Below, piece after piece: positions 1-13,216 of a DNA stretch of 64,000 nt. The stretch lies in NCBI GenBank assembly GCA_905178155.1, contig CAJINV010000009.1, positions 979,415 through 1,043,414 of the forward strand. The letters run 5' to 3'. This DNA comes from Amoebophrya sp. A120 (Eukaryota > Protista > Dinoflagellata). A program made the translations under genes and the position numbers. Numbering within the stretch: position 1 is the first letter of the stretch; each line of letters opens with the position of its first letter. Below the pieces are notes generated by a model that searched no databases, was not told the origin of the DNA, and was given only the letters and a program-made list of their open reading frames with translations.

Positions 1-10
1 AAAACTCTCT

Positions 11-3000
11 TCAGGGTAATATCACAAACTCGTCCCTACCTTTGCCTGAGCCTCCACCCCAAGAGTCCTTTCCGCCGGAGGAGCCTGCGCCCCACTGTCC
101 TCTTTTGTGTGGACTATGCCGCAACTCCGCCAAATTCCGTGCGTTTATGGCTACCTGTTGTGCGCGTAGGTACGCCTCCTGAGCCTGCTGATCGCGTTGC
201 ATCTGCTGAACCGCAGCCGCAGGATCAAGACCACTGGCAACCGGCGGCGGACCGCCCGCACCCGCCGGGAGGGGAAGGCCGCCGGGTACGATACCAGACA
301 TATTCATCGTCAAATTATTGGAAGTCGCATTCATCTGTGGTGGCACTGGTTGTAAAGGCTGGGAGGCACTTGCGGATGGATTGTTCAGGTTCATGGGTGC
401 TGGTGGAGGTCCTTGTTGCAGCATATTAGGCATGCCTGAACCTGCTCCGCTGTCGAGCTGTTGTGCGTCTTCTGGTCGTGGAAGCTGCTGCACCGGTGGA
501 AATCCGGCGTTCAATAGCTGAGGATTCACCAAATCCACGGGATTCGGATGTGGGACCACGACGTTGGTGCTTATTTGCTGCGCCGCATTGATTCCTCCGG
601 CACTCGAACCGATTTGCTGTAGCATGCTGCTAACGAGCAGCTGCTGCTGCTCAGCCACACTCACCGCTGCCATCGCGTTTGCAGCCACCTGCTGCGCCGA
701 TGGAGATAGTAGCCCGCCGTTGAGATACTGGTTCGCCAAGATCGCACGCTGTTGCGGGTTAAGCTGTCCTTGGGACTGCAACTGCATCTGCTGTTGAACT
801 CCGTCCAGGATGGTGCTGCAGGAAGGAGGGACGCCAGGCAAGGCGCCGCCCGGTAGCTGCATTCCAGCGCCGCCCAAAAACAGATTAGCTTGCTGTTGAG
901 GCCCTCCGCCGGGAAGATTGAAGCCATCCGCTCCCTGCGGTTGCATCCCCCCCGGCTGCAAATTATTCTGCGGAATCGGTGGAAGATTTGGATTGATGAG
1001 CGGAGGATTGTTCACGTTGAGTCCTCCTCCCGTAGCCACGACGCCGGTGTTCAGAGCGAGGTTACTTGGCGTCGCGTTCAAAGAACTATTGAGCATGCTC
1101 GTCGACGAACTAGAGCCACCAAATTGAACGCTTCCGCCCATAGGCACAAAGGCCACGGCGCCGGGGTTCGTCCCCGAGGAGGAGGACGGACGGGTGATTG
1201 GCTGTTGACACGACCCGCTGGACCCGCCACCGTTGTGCTGCATCACACGCGCATTTGGATTGAATGGCAAACCCGTGCTATTGCCAGGGATTGTTGTAGC
1301 ACCGTTGGCGCCCGGCACGGCTGCGGGGAGTGGAGGCGCGTTGATCATCTGCAACTGCTGCAGCGATGGGTTGCTCGCGGAGTTGGGAAGCGAGGACAGC
1401 TGTTGCTGCGGCCCCAGCACGACGGGAGCACCACCGCCTTGCCCAACGCTGAGCGTTGGCGTCTGCTGCAAGGACGGCTGCGCAGCAGAAGTGGTTCCGC
1501 CTCCGACCGAGCCCGCCGTTCCTGCAGCGGAAACACTGCCGGGCAGTTGCGGTAGATTTAGATTCATCTGGTGGTCCAACGAAGGCGACATACCATGATT
1601 CTGCAGTTGGTCCAGAACAATGCCTTGCTGCCCGGACGACTGTTGTAGTTGGTCCGCTCGCTGCTGATCCACTACCGGCAGCAGTGGTTCATCTTCGGTG
1701 GCGGCGGGCGGTGGTTTCTCGTCGAAAGCGGCGAAGATCTTGTTAATGCTGTCCTGCGTAAATCCACATGCAGGTCCATCCGCTGCTGCGCCCTCCCCAC
1801 CGCCGCCCATCCCATTGTTCCCATACGAGCGGCCCCCGCCTTGGAAGTTGTTGTACGAATGCGCGTTCATGTTGTACGAACCACCTCCATTGCTCATGAA
1901 ACTGCCTCGTCCGCTGTTGTACCCGCCCCCGCCAGCTCCACCGCGCATCATGTTGTTACCGTGCCCATTTCCTCCGCTGCGCGAGTGATCGCGCGAATGC
2001 ATGCTGTAGTCGTTGTAGTCTCGTGGCCCATGATTGGCATTCCAACTGCCGATACCGCGGTCGTCGTGGTAGGTTGAGGACCGGTTCATCCACGAGCCGC
2101 CTTTACTTCCACCGCCACTATTAAAACCCACATGTTCCGGCATCATGCCGCGACTATTGCTGAAGCCGCCTTTGCTGGAAGAGCGACCGTTGTCTTGCAA
2201 ACCGTAACCGTCACGCGGTCGGAAGTTGTTGCTGAATGCCCGCGTACCGCCGAAGTCGTCATTGTGGCCGCCGCGATTATGAGGGGGACGCAAAGAACTA
2301 CCCTTATTTCCTTTCGAACCGTACTTTCCGACCGATCCGGGATACCGCTGACCGTAGTCGGGATGCTGCTCATCGTTGAAGTCGGACGAGGAGCGGTGAT
2401 AGCGACCCCCTTTGTGCGCGGAACCAGCAGCGAAGTGCTGCTGGTCTCCGTGTTTCCCAGAGCTGTTGTAAAAACCGCTTGCGTACTTGCCGCCCTTCCG
2501 GTCCCCGTACATGCTCTTGCCACCGTACGAGTTGTAGTTCATGCCATGCATGAAACTGGAACTGGAACTCGTGGCGCTGGTCGTGCTCCCGGGTATGGGC
2601 ATATTGAGGTCGATACTGTTGCGGAATCGGTCTCGGCCGTGGTGGTCAACATCCTCATCGTCTTTCTTTTGCTCGGCGTTGAGATCCGTACACAGCACGT
2701 CTAGATCGTCTGTCTCAGACTGACGTGGTCGTCCTTCTTGCTCAACGATGTTGAAAGTAGAAAACGGCGGCGCAACACCATTGCTAGCGTTCGTCCCACC
2801 TCTCGCTCGCCGGTTGTTCTCTACTAGTGCGGGTTCCACCTCCTGTGGTCCCACATCCCTGACATCGTTCCGCGGGTCCCCGTTCAAATCGATCTTCTGC
2901 AGCCCCCTTGTTGCCAGATCTGCAATAGGAACGATCTCGTCATCAGGAGCTCCGCGATGCTTCATTCTCTTTTTCTCCACGTAATCGCGGTGATCGTCTA

Positions 3001-4789
3001 GGAGCTGAGGCTCGTGTGCATTCTGCAGATCCGCGCTCGTCGTGGGGTGGCTCGCCCCCTTGGGAAGTGGCGGTGGCGCTCTTTGCGGCGTTCGCGTCAA
3101 CTCGTTCGCCACAAAATAATTGTCGGCCTGCTCGTAGTTGTTCATCTTCATCGGCATTTTGTTTTGCTCGTCACTACCAAAACTCGAGGATTTCTGCAAT
3201 GTCGGCTGAGATGAAGCTGTCAGGTCTGCGGAGCCACCGCTCGCGCCAGTAGTTGCCGCAGATGTAGAAGATCCGGGTCGTGGGTCAACGACATGATCTG
3301 AGGAGGACTTCGAGTCCAGCACATGTTGTGTGGCGTCGGAGAACTCAACACTGCTGTGCTTGTTGTACGCGCTAGCAGCTCTAGTTGTACTCTGGTCCAC
3401 AGAAGTTGTGTGCTTGCTCGAACTGGCACTCTTCCCGGTGCCGGCTTTGCTCGTACCCGTGCCCGTGGTAGAACTAGCTCCACAGTTGTCACCGCTGTTT
3501 GCCGACAGCCACCCGGAAGGTGCTGCTCCTATTGTTGGTGTCGCGCTCTTCCCGACGCCGGGCCCACCGCTGCACGTGGAGCTACTCGACGAGGAACCAG
3601 CGTTGATGTTACCACTTCGTTTGGATGACGACTCCGAGCTGGTGTTCTGCCGCCAGGATTTTATGCCCAGGGTCGGCTTCCAAGTAGTGGCCACAAGCTT
3701 CCAACTGTCGCGCGAGGTTGAGGTGGACGATGTGGGCATGCTACTGAGATTATTTCCCGACTCTGATTCATGCAACCCTCCTCGCGTCGAGCTGCTATTC
3801 GTGGCGGTCGAGGAGGACGAAGCGGCGCTGCTCGAGCTGCTTCCGCCCGCTCTGGTAGAGGCGGCAGAGGTGCTGCTGTGTCGGGCATTCGCTTGCAACT
3901 GCGAAGAAATGCTCGACCGGCTGTGGTGCTCAGTGGTCGGACTTTCGCCACTGCTCCTGCCGCTGTTTCCCAGCAACGCTGCTCCTTTGGCGTTCATATC
4001 TTCTACGAGCTGCGAACCGGGGGTCGTGTTCTTATTCACGCCTGTCGAGGAAAGCGAACCACTGTTTGCGCTTGTGTTTCCATTCCCACCACCGCCACTA
4101 GCAGAAGATTTTGAGCTGCTGTGAAAATTGTGCTGCGAAGCGCCGCTGTGGCCGAGACTTCCTGGTTTCTGGTTTTGCCCCGCGCTTTTATTGTTGGATT
4201 TCGCGTTCGCCGCATTTGCCACTGCGGCGTAGCTCTTGCGCTGCGGTTTCGACGTCTCGGTGGGCGACGGCGCAGAGGAGGCTGTAGATCCCTTACTCGT
4301 GGTGGCGCTTCCCTGCTGCAGCTCCGCCGAGCCTCCGCCTCCCGAGGTCGCTGAAGCCGCCGCCGCGCCAGAGGAACTCCCACTAGCAGAGGACATTTCT
4401 TTACTATTCAACCTCTTAGAGTTGGATGCAACTATCGCCGGCGAAGCAAGCTTGGAGGTCTTGTGGCTCTTGTCCTTATTATTCTCTTTGTATGAAGTGG
4501 AACTACTGGTGCCTTGATGATGCCCCGAGGAGGAAGAAGACGAGCCACTACTATTGCCACTTCCTCCTCCTCCACCGTAGTGGTGCCACAAGGAGTTGTC
4601 GTGCTTCCCACTTCCCGCCCCACTGTGCTCCTTGTCTACCTTCGTCCAGGAAGACCAGCTTTGCTCCTTTTTGTAGCTGCTGTATTTGCTTTTGCTGCTG
4701 CCGCTGCTACCGTGGTGGTCTTTTTCCTTGTGACTGATGGTGCTGTTGTTCTGGTGGCCGCCAGACTCTTTGTCCTTCGTCGACGACAT
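11..4789 (-). CDS. Large low-complexity (S/G-, RGG-, Q/P/N-rich) intrinsically disordered protein, ~1590 aa
   Basis: Uninterrupted ORF 11..4840. First ATG in an aaaATG context is at 4789 (MSSTKDKE). RG/RGG-rich middle and Q/P-rich C-terminus; no recognisable folded domain. Confidence 0.8.
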   Translation of the reverse strand: MSSTKDKESGGHQNNSTISHKEKDHHGSSGSSKSKYSSYKKEQSWSSWTKVDKEHSGAGSGKHDNSLWHHYGGGGGSGNSSGSSSSSSGHHQGTSSSTSYKENNKDKSHKTSKLASPAIVASNSKRLNSKEMSSASGSSSGAAAASATSGGGGSAELQQGSATTSKGSTASSAPSPTETSKPQRKSYAAVANAANAKSNNKSAGQNQKPGSLGHSGASQHNFHSSSKSSASGGGGNGNTSANSGSLSSTGVNKNTTPGSQLVEDMNAKGAALLGNSGRSSGESPTTEHHSRSSISSQLQANARHSSTSAASTRAGGSSSSSAASSSSTATNSSSTRGGLHESESGNNLSSMPTSSTSTSRDSWKLVATTWKPTLGIKSWRQNTSSESSSKRSGNINAGSSSSSSTCSGGPGVGKSATPTIGAAPSGWLSANSGDNCGASSTTGTGTSKAGTGKSASSSKHTTSVDQSTTRAASAYNKHSSVEFSDATQHVLDSKSSSDHVVDPRPGSSTSAATTGASGGSADLTASSQPTLQKSSSFGSDEQNKMPMKMNNYEQADNYFVANELTRTPQRAPPPLPKGASHPTTSADLQNAHEPQLLDDHRDYVEKKRMKHRGAPDDEIVPIADLATRGLQKIDLNGDPRNDVRDVGPQEVEPALVENNRRARGGTNASNGVAPPFSTFNIVEQEGRPRQSETDDLDVLCTDLNAEQKKDDEDVDHHGRDRFRNSIDLNMPIPGSTTSATSSSSSFMHGMNYNSYGGKSMYGDRKGGKYASGFYNSSGKHGDQQHFAAGSAHKGGRYHRSSSDFNDEQHPDYGQRYPGSVGKYGSKGNKGSSLRPPHNRGGHNDDFGGTRAFSNNFRPRDGYGLQDNGRSSSKGGFSNSRGMMPEHVGFNSGGGSKGGSWMNRSSTYHDDRGIGSWNANHGPRDYNDYSMHSRDHSRSGGNGHGNNMMRGGAGGGGYNSGRGSFMSNGGGSYNMNAHSYNNFQGGGRSYGNNGMGGGGEGAAADGPACGFTQDSINKIFAAFDEKPPPAATEDEPLLPVVDQQRADQLQQSSGQQGIVLDQLQNHGMSPSLDHQMNLNLPQLPGSVSAAGTAGSVGGGTTSAAQPSLQQTPTLSVGQGGGAPVVLGPQQQLSSLPNSASNPSLQQLQMINAPPLPAAVPGANGATTIPGNSTGLPFNPNARVMQHNGGGSSGSCQQPITRPSSSSGTNPGAVAFVPMGGSVQFGGSSSSTSMLNSSLNATPSNLALNTGVVATGGGLNVNNPPLINPNLPPIPQNNLQPGGMQPQGADGFNLPGGGPQQQANLFLGGAGMQLPGGALPGVPPSCSTILDGVQQQMQLQSQGQLNPQQRAILANQYLNGGLLSPSAQQVAANAMAAVSVAEQQQLLVSSMLQQIGSSAGGINAAQQISTNVVVPHPNPVDLVNPQLLNAGFPPVQQLPRPEDAQQLDSGAGSGMPNMLQQGPPPAPMNLNNPSASASQPLQPVPPQMNATSNNLTMNMSGIVPGGLPLPAGAGGPPPVASGLDPAAAVQQMQRDQQAQEAYLRAQQVAINARNLAELRHSPHKRGQWGAGSSGGKDSWGGGSGKGRDEFVILP

Positions 4790-6224
4790 TTTGAAACCCC
4801 CGCCTTTCGCAGCACTAGCGACTGCAGAAGTAGAAACCAATTACCTTCACCCAGGTGACCGGCCGTTTGCGTTTCCACGTACCAATGCCGAACGCACAGG
4901 CGAATGCAACTGGCACTTTTGGGCGGCTTGTCGTTGTTTTCGTCGTGGTGTATCAAGTTATGTATTAATTTGTTACTCACAACAGCGCAGGTGGCGGTGG
5001 ACCTTTTCTTCTTTTAATCTATGTACTACCCTCACACCTAGTATTTCACCATTGCGGAGCATTCATTGCTGGTGTGTTAAAGCTACATCATCATCTGCTT
5101 GCTTTCCTACAAAAGATATTTTTACGGCACACTCAGACTCGCCACATCGTTGGGACCACTAAGGACCGTGAGAAACTACAGAAAAGCTAAAGCTCAGATC
5201 AACATAGTCATTGAGTCATCAGCTGCTTCATGATAGTGGCTTCTCTCTGTCTCCCATCTTTTTCAAAAAACATCAACAACGCAGCTACTGCCGTGGCATA
5301 TCGGTGTTGAATCTTCAGGCAAGCCGAACAATTTTCAAGAATGCAAGGAGGAGTTCGTAATTCGTGCAAGTTGGCGACCCTTTCTTCCGCACAAAAGGCG
5401 ACCACTAGCACAACCTATGCAAAACACAAGACGGCGATCCGAACAAACGAGGCGAAATCGAAAAGCGATGCATGCAAGCAATCAACGCGCGCCAGCCTCA
5501 CGACCAGCCCCTCTACTGTACAAGATTAAAATGCAATTCAAACAAATTGAAATCTCATGAATCGTCTCTCTTCACAACCGACGACAGGCAAAATGATCTA
5601 TCGGAGCAGCAAAGAAACCAGATGACCTGCCTCTTGCTCTAAACAGGTCGAAGCGCTACTGTTTCTCCCATTTTGGCCTGTGCCTAACCGGCTGCGATGT
5701 AATAATGGCTTCCTTGCAACTTCTTTTGATTTTTCGATAGGCAGGCCAGGCACCCGGAACAGGTCCTACCCTGATTTTTCCCTGACATCTTCTGATGGAC
5801 ATGGCGCACTCCGGTTCATTTGCTTTGCGTCGTTGCTGGGCCCAGCGCTTCATTATCATTCATGATCAGGTTCAGGTTTTCATACTTGTTCGCATTTCTA
5901 TTTTGTTCAGAGATTCCAACAGCAAAATTTGAGGTGATATTCTTGAAAGGTGTTGCTTTCTACAATGGGACAGAAACAATTCTTCTTCTCGAAAAGGTAG
6001 TACAATTAGAAGATGAGGCTTGCCATATTGCTTCTTTTGGTTTTGATTTGTACATTTTTGGTACATGAAAACTTGCCGGCGGCTTGTACGTAAATCCGTG
6101 CGTCTCTCAATTCATTGCATCAGTGTATGCGGCCTACTTCGCGCTCGCGCAAGTCGGTTTCCTGTCTGTATCTTCTCCGGTAAACATCGTGTGCGTGTCG
6201 TCTGCTGTGAAAACACCACCCTGC

Positions 6225-7179
6225 TTAGAGTTTTCCCGAAAGGGACTCCAATTCGGACTCGGCCTTCTTGCGTAGATCTCGTTCCAAGGAGATCTCTTCC
6301 TGAATCGGTTCCAGCAGCTTCTGTACTTCCTCCTTCACCAGGTTCTGGACGCTCTGGCGCAACTGCGCGGAGGTCTGCGAGCCGAGGATTTTGCTAGTAC
6401 TTGCGGTGCTGCTACCCCCGCCACCACGAGTTGATTTCGGTTTTGCGTGCTGCGAACCAGCCACGGACCCACAACCGGAGAGCGCTCTGAATTATATTAT
6501 ATGGGCGCGCGTACTTGATTATGAATCGAATACCACGAAGAAGAACGTCGATTACGCAATCATCTCACAAAATGCACAGGCGGCAATCTTCGAGAAGTTA
6601 TTGTTTTTCTTGTCATGCAAATGCATATCTGTAATCCGAGCAGGAGTACTTGGGTGCAAGAAAAACGCAGTCACGGATGACCTTTCCGCATAAAAAAATA
6701 CCTCGCAACAGAGGCCCCCGCGCATGATGACGGTGCGCCCGTCAAGTAGGAGGATTTGCTGTCTCTGCGGGGCAATACGACGTGATTAGCTGCCTGGCTC
6801 CCTGGTGCTTCTGAGCCCGCGAGACTGGGAGAACTCTTGACACGCTTGAACCTGGTACGGATAATTCAAAATTTTACTGGGAACGCAGAAAGCACACGAG
6901 GCGACCAGGAACAAGCCTCAGGATCGGACGATGGGAATAGTACCGTCAAATAAACAAAGTACGAGAAGATGATGAAACGGCGAAAAACAAAGTTGTGTTG
7001 CACCCATTGATCAGCTCCTGTGCGGAATCCTGCGAATCCGAAAAACTCGGCCGGTGGTAGTGCTCCTTGCCCTTGTAGTATTTTTCATATACAGGCCTTG
7101 TTTGTGCGTAGACCTCCCGCTCGATGCGCTGCGTCCACAGTTTGTCCTCCACTGTGGGTTTGCTCTTTAGCAGGGGCAT
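6225..7179 (-). CDS. Small hypothetical protein, 3 exons
   Basis: Exons 7179-7004, 6851-6702 and 6486-6225 join in frame across GT-AG introns 6852-7003 and 6487-6701. Coiled-coil-like C-terminus. Confidence 0.65.
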
Positions 7180-8458
7180 CTTCAACTTCTGACAAACGAC
7201 CTGCGTGGATCACGCCCGAGGGTACAACTTGAACTTGCTCTGCTTTCGATATTCATTTACCTACGCGAGTCACATCACCATCAGGACAGAGTAGATACAT
7301 ATCATGGCGTCGACAGCAGAAAGACGACACAGTAATCCCGAAGAGAACGACGACGATGCAGCCAAAAATGAAATTCATGTCACACCCGCGTGCAGCTCAA
7401 CAGCTTTTAGCCTGGTCTGTCAACCTCTCCTGGCGCTCCCACTGCCCAAGCATCGAATCACCACACACTCTCCTGTTTCATCTCTTTCTTGGGACAACTG
7501 TCCAAGTAGGCCACTCACCTCCGGCCGCGAAAGCCTCGGGCTTGATCATAGGGAACACGCGATTCGCTTCAAAAAAACAGAGGCGCGAAATCGGCGTGTA
7601 GTCGCACAACATAAGGTAGAGAATAATTTGGGTACTTCAAACATACATGGCCTCCATAGATAAATCAGTCTTTGGATTTTCTAATGGGAAGGTTTGATGT
7701 GCGTCGCGTGAAAGAGATCCTTTTGTTTCCCCTCATTATCTTGAGATCATGTTCATGCTCCTGCACAGAGTTATTGTGTTGAAATGTGGTAGCGTGGCGT
7801 ATGCGTATCTATAACTTGCGTCGTAGATATCAGGAGAACGGCCGTCGCGCTGAAAGAAACGTCAAAACATGTAAAAATCCAAGAAAGGACAAGGCACCGT
7901 CGAAAAGCTCGTGTCTCATGAAGTTTCCTTTTGATGAAGCAGAAGTACATTTGTCGGATAGATTTTGTACATTGTTCAACGGGCTAGAAAATTATGTGAC
8001 TCGAAAATTGTCGCGGGGAATAATTTTTACACTGAGGCTGAGCATTTCTATTTGATAAAAACGTTCCTCCTGCATTGCCTGCCACTTTCCCAAGCTACCA
8101 CAACACCTGTGGCTCCATTTCTGCCTTTATTTGATGATCATTGATATACGACATTTTGACTTGGAGCTTCTGCTGCCGCTGTGCATTGGTTCTTTTAAAA
8201 ATAGTTGCGTTGCGATTTCGTTTCTGCGTGTTGTATCAATTTAAACATGGTTGCGTCTGGGTTTATTCTGTATCCGTTTATACATAGTTGGTTGCAATGA
8301 GTCCGACAAGAAACAAAGTGGAGGTGGTAGGTGAAGACCACTCAATCTACTTGTCGCATCCTTCGAAAAAAGGCGCTTCAGTCACCTGCTCTTGCCGTCC
8401 TCTGTTGATTCAAGTTGTTTTCCATTTCCTCCGAACAATCAAGACCAGCCTGCTCCGT

Positions 8459-10386
8459 TTACAAGTAACGCTCCAGGTCCTCCGGCATCTCCTGGATCTG
8501 CGTACCGTAGTACCGCTCGATCTCCTTCAAGTAGCTCTTGTCCTTTTCCGTGCAGAAGTTGATACCAACACCCTTACGACCGTAACGACCGGATCGACCA
8601 ATACGGTGCAAGTAGTTCTCCATCTTCACTGGCAAATCGTAGTTGATCACCAGAGAAACTTGCTGGATATCGATACCTGGGTAGAAGAAGTAGTTGTGAA
8701 CAGGATTATACTATGAGATGTTGACGTTGAGTCCTCGTCTCTACAACGAACTTGGAACTGCATATTTTCGTGAATCGCGTCCGATGAAAGGCATAAAAAT
8801 CATAAGTATGTAAAAAAATCTGTACCTCGTGCCAGCAAATCTGTGGAGATCAAGACCCGACTGGCGCCGTTGATGAATTCGCGCATGACGCGCTCGCGGT
8901 CCTTCTGGTCGAAGTCCGCGTGGATGACGGAGACCGTGAAATCGTTTTCGTTCATTTTCTCCGCGAGCCAGTTGGCCTTCTGCTTCGTGTTGCAGTAGAT
9001 GATGGACTGCTGGATGGTCAGGGTTTCGTACAAATCGCACAACACATCCAACTTGTTCTTCTCCTCATCAATATCGATGAAAAACTCGCTGATACCTGGA
9101 ATTTGTTTGGAAGAATCAATATCAAGAGCGTAGATTCATTTTTTTTTCTTTGTTTGGCTTTGGCAAGGCAAAATCGTCCAGCATGGTAGTTCATGCAAAG
9201 TAAAAATCTTGTTGTATAAGGCGACACATAACTAGAAACGCAAGAACAGTTGCGACGCTGTCGCGTAAGTACCCTCAAGGGTGAGCTCGTCCTTCTTCAC
9301 CAGGATGCGAACTGGGGAGCGCATAAATCGGGTCGTCAAGTCCAGAATCTCTGGCGGAAGCGTTGCGGAAAACAAACTGACCTGAACCTCAGACGGCAGG
9401 TACTTGAAGATGTCGTAAACCTGCATTTTTGATGGTGCAATTTTTTGTCAGTCGATTCCATTTGATTCACTTTTCCGCCCTCAGTCGATTCATGCATAAA
9501 CACGAGTGGCAGGAAAAAGTGAGCAGCAGCCCTTAGTGCGTCGAAGGTTCTTCCACAGAAGTCATGCATAGAGACTTTCCAAGTGTTGATGAGAATCAAT
9601 CAGCACCACATCGGTCCAGTATATTAATACCTGCTCCTTGAACCCGCGGTTTCCGAGCATCTCATCGGCTTCGTCGAGAACGAGGAGGTTGATGTCGTCG
9701 ACCTTCAGGTGGCGCTTGTAGATCAGGTCGAACACGCGTCCCGGGGTACCCACGATGATGTGGCAACCGTTGTTCAACTTGTCAACGTCGGATTTGACGT
9801 CGGTACCACCCGTGCACACGTGGGATTCGATTTTCATGTAGAGAGAAAAATTTTGGACGACCTGGATTGGAATCAAAACAAATTCGAACTCCTGTGCGGG
9901 ATGCCTTAGTTTTGCCTACTTCTGCGATCGTAAACAACTTTATACGTAACGAAACCCACATTCCGTGGACATGGACTACATCGACTACATGCAAAGGAGA
10001 AGTACCGATCATGCGGATTTTGGTTTACTACCTAGTATCAGGTATTCTACATCCACAAACCAAAACTATACCTTGTGGATCTGGTTGGCTAACTCACGCG
10101 TCGGTGCCAAAATCAGAACCTGCACTCCACGCAGGGTGGGGTCGATTTTCTGCAAACCACCAATGACAAAGGTGGCGGTCTTTCCGGTACCAGACTGCGC
10201 CTGTCCGATAGTATCACGCCCCGCGAGGATGGGTGTAATGCCGCGCTGCTGAATAGCGGACGGCTTCTCGAAACCGTAGGAGTAGATACCCCGGAGCAAG
10301 TTTTCCTGCAGGTTGAGTTCCTCGAACTCTTGGACCACAGGGAAGTCCATCTTCTCATCGTCACGAACGGAGACGGTGGCGGTCAT
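8459..10386 (-). CDS. eIF4A: Eukaryotic translation initiation factor 4A (DEAD-box helicase), 5 exons
   Basis: Motifs [59 protein letters not shown] introns at 9862-10071, 9421-9630, 9096-9272 and 8677-8825. Confidence 0.97.
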
Positions 10387-11509
10387 TTTCGATATTTATG
10401 TTGCTTTGGCGTTGAATATATTACGCTGGTAGGTTAAGCAAGAAAAGCAAGTATTTAAGTACTTGTACAAAAGATGATCAATTATGTTCTCAGTAGACAA
10501 CAAGAGACAAATAAGGTTCTTAAACGCGAGGCAGTTTTTGGAGGTGTAGTTTGAAAGTTTGATGCTTTAGGGTTGATTTTCTCGGTTAAAAGTTTGTAAG
10601 AAGTGTCGTATTGACAACTTAGCAAAAGTTTTCTTGATGCAATTGACGATGTAGTTGTTGTGATTAAGTCTTGACAATGCTCGTCAATACAGCTTTGTAG
10701 TTTAGCAGGGATTTAATCGTAAAGAATTACGTAGATAAATCGATGATAAGTAATACCGAATTCGAGGTTCGTCGAATTAAGTGTCACTGAGAAGCGGCTG
10801 TGTGCGGAAAATTTTGCATTGGGTTCAAAATTGACATCGCATCGTCGGTCATGGAAAAAGGCCTACGCACGGCGATCTAGTAGTTTTTTGAGTTGAGAGA
10901 ATGAGAGAGATCGCTCGCGCGGTTTTCGTTTTCATGAAAAGCACGGCTTCTTTTATCGGAGGACCCAGCATAGTACCGCGTCATTTTGGATCGAAAATGT
11001 TTGGTTCTTCAAGTAATTTCTCATGATCATTCATAAACATCCTCACAGCTGAAAAATGCAAATTCTTCGAGCTCTCATTTTTTGTGGATCGAAAAACATA
11101 CGGAGCACAACTTTCGGTGTACATGCACATTCATCGGTGGCACTTACTCTGATTTGTTGATCTATGATGCGCTTCAACTTCATTTCGGAAGCATTTTCGC
11201 ATCCTCTTTTTTGCAATTATTCATTATCATTACAACACTCGTGGTGGATCATTATTTCATTTGAGGTGTCTCTGGCACCGGGCGGTACTACGGGTGCACA
11301 TTCATCGCGCAATTGCTTTTGCTCATCAGCAAAGCTTCTTGCACACTATATTCAATTTCAAGTTGCTGGAGACTTAGTGTATGGATGACCTAAAAAGTTT
11401 ACCACATCGAGATCCAGCATCGAACAACACTCAGTCGACCTAATCCAGGGCTTTCATCTCATCTTCAAGATCACGGTATAAATGAACATCGCCGAAGAAG
11501 ATATTCTCC

Positions 11510-12680
11510 GCTTGGAGGGAAGCAAAAGCGACCCACAAGCCACATCAATACGAGTGGGCTGCCTAGACCCAAATTTCAGGAGCGAGAGCCCTATCAAAAA
11601 CAAAAAACTCCGGAGGTCCGGAAGCGAGAGCCACATCATGTTTCGAGAAAAGACATTCTGGCGCTGGTGGACCAAAAGAAGCGACTCACAAGCCGGAATA
11701 AGTTTGGCGGCGAGATCCAACTTTCCGCAAAACACCACCAAATACAAAAGAAACCTTCGGCAATCGCTAATCAAGATACGCGCCGTGTTTGGGGAAACGA
11801 AATGCCGGAGCTGGATCAGAAAAAGGCGACCCACGAGTCAGAATACAAGTGGGCGGCGTAGTTCCAAATTTGAGGAGAACTCCGCCAAAACCAAAAACCT
11901 CGGATATCGGTAATCCAGAGTCCCACCCTGTTTGGGGAAACGAAATGCCGGAGCTGGATCAGAAAAAGGCGACCCACGAGTCAGAATACAAGTGGGCGGC
12001 GTAGTTCCAAATTTGAGGAGAACTCCGCCAAAACCAAAAACCTCGGATATCAGTAATCCAGAGTCCCACCCTGTTTGGGGAAACGAAATGCCGGAGCTGG
12101 ATCAGAAAAAAGCGACCCACGAGTCAGAATACAAGGAAGTGGGCGGCGTAGTTCCAAATTTGAGGAGAACTCCGCCAAAACCAAAAACCTCGGATATCGG
12201 TAATCCAGAGTCCGACCCTGTTTGGGGAAACGAAATGCCGGAACTGGATCAGAAAAAGGCGACACACGAGTCAGAATACAAGTGGGCGGCGTAGTTCCAA
12301 ATTTGAGGAGAACTCCGCCAAAACCAAAAGCAAAAACCTCGGATATCGGTAATCCAGAGTCCCGCCCTGTTTGGGGAAACGAAATGCCGGAGCTGGATCA
12401 GAAAAAGGCGACCCACGAGTCAGAATACAAGCGGACAGTCTAGATCCAACTTTGAGGAGAAACCGACCAAAGTCGAAAACTCGGGAAATCGCTAATCAAG
12501 CCCCAACACGTCCTCTTTCGGGAAAATAACTGCCGGCACTGGATCAACAAAAGACGACCCACAAGTCAGAATCAAAGCGGGCTGCCAAGGTCCAACTCCA
12601 AATTTGAGGAGGAGCCCATCAGAAGCAAAAACTTCGGGAATCGGTAATGAAGAGACATGTCCTCTTTGGAGCAAAGAGGT
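11510..12680. repeat. Tandem repeat, 143-149 bp unit, ~5 near-identical copies with degenerate flanking copies
   Basis: TGTTTGGGGAAACGAAATGCCGG recurs at 11786, 11929, 12072, 12219 and 12368 (spacings 143, 143, 147, 149). Diverged copies on both sides. Confidence 0.95.
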
Positions 12681-13216
12681 GCCCGATATGAATCAAGAAA
12701 ACACAAACGATGCACACGCCAGAAGCTAAGCGAGCTTTCTTGTGTGCAGCTGAACCTCCTGCAGATGTCGAACAACTTTCCAGCACTTCTCCACACTGCA
12801 CGAATGCTTCGCCAAAGCTTCTTCCGGTTCCGGCAGAAGCAGATCCAGATCCGAGATCATTCCTACACAAAAACAGAAGCAAATCAGCCAAACAAATGGA
12901 GGTCTGTCGGGATGCAGCTCAGGGTGCGTTGGTGTTTTTTTTGTTTCTCGGGGGTGTGAGGATGGGAATTGGTATGGGTATCTCATCAAAATTATAAACT
13001 CGGCTTCGCTCGTGCTATCTCGCTTGGAGCAGTACACCGGGCTTAAAACGACAAACAACGAACAGATGAAATCGAAGTGCTTGCTAATTGAAGGGGTATG
13101 AGTTTTTCACTTCCATTCATCGGTGATCGCCTTCGTCGGGTGCTGGTACATCTGGGCGGGGGCGGGTACAACACAAAAACTTAGTCGCTTGTTTGACGCA
13201 GCCGGTGCGCACTGCC

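Noticed and set aside
9421-10071. Two eIF4A introns are both exactly 210 nt
   Set aside because: No sequence similarity or TIRs; within the local intron size range, so probably coincidence.
11786-12470. CRISPR array
   Set aside because: The whole unit repeats with no unique spacers, there are no cas genes, and the context is eukaryotic.
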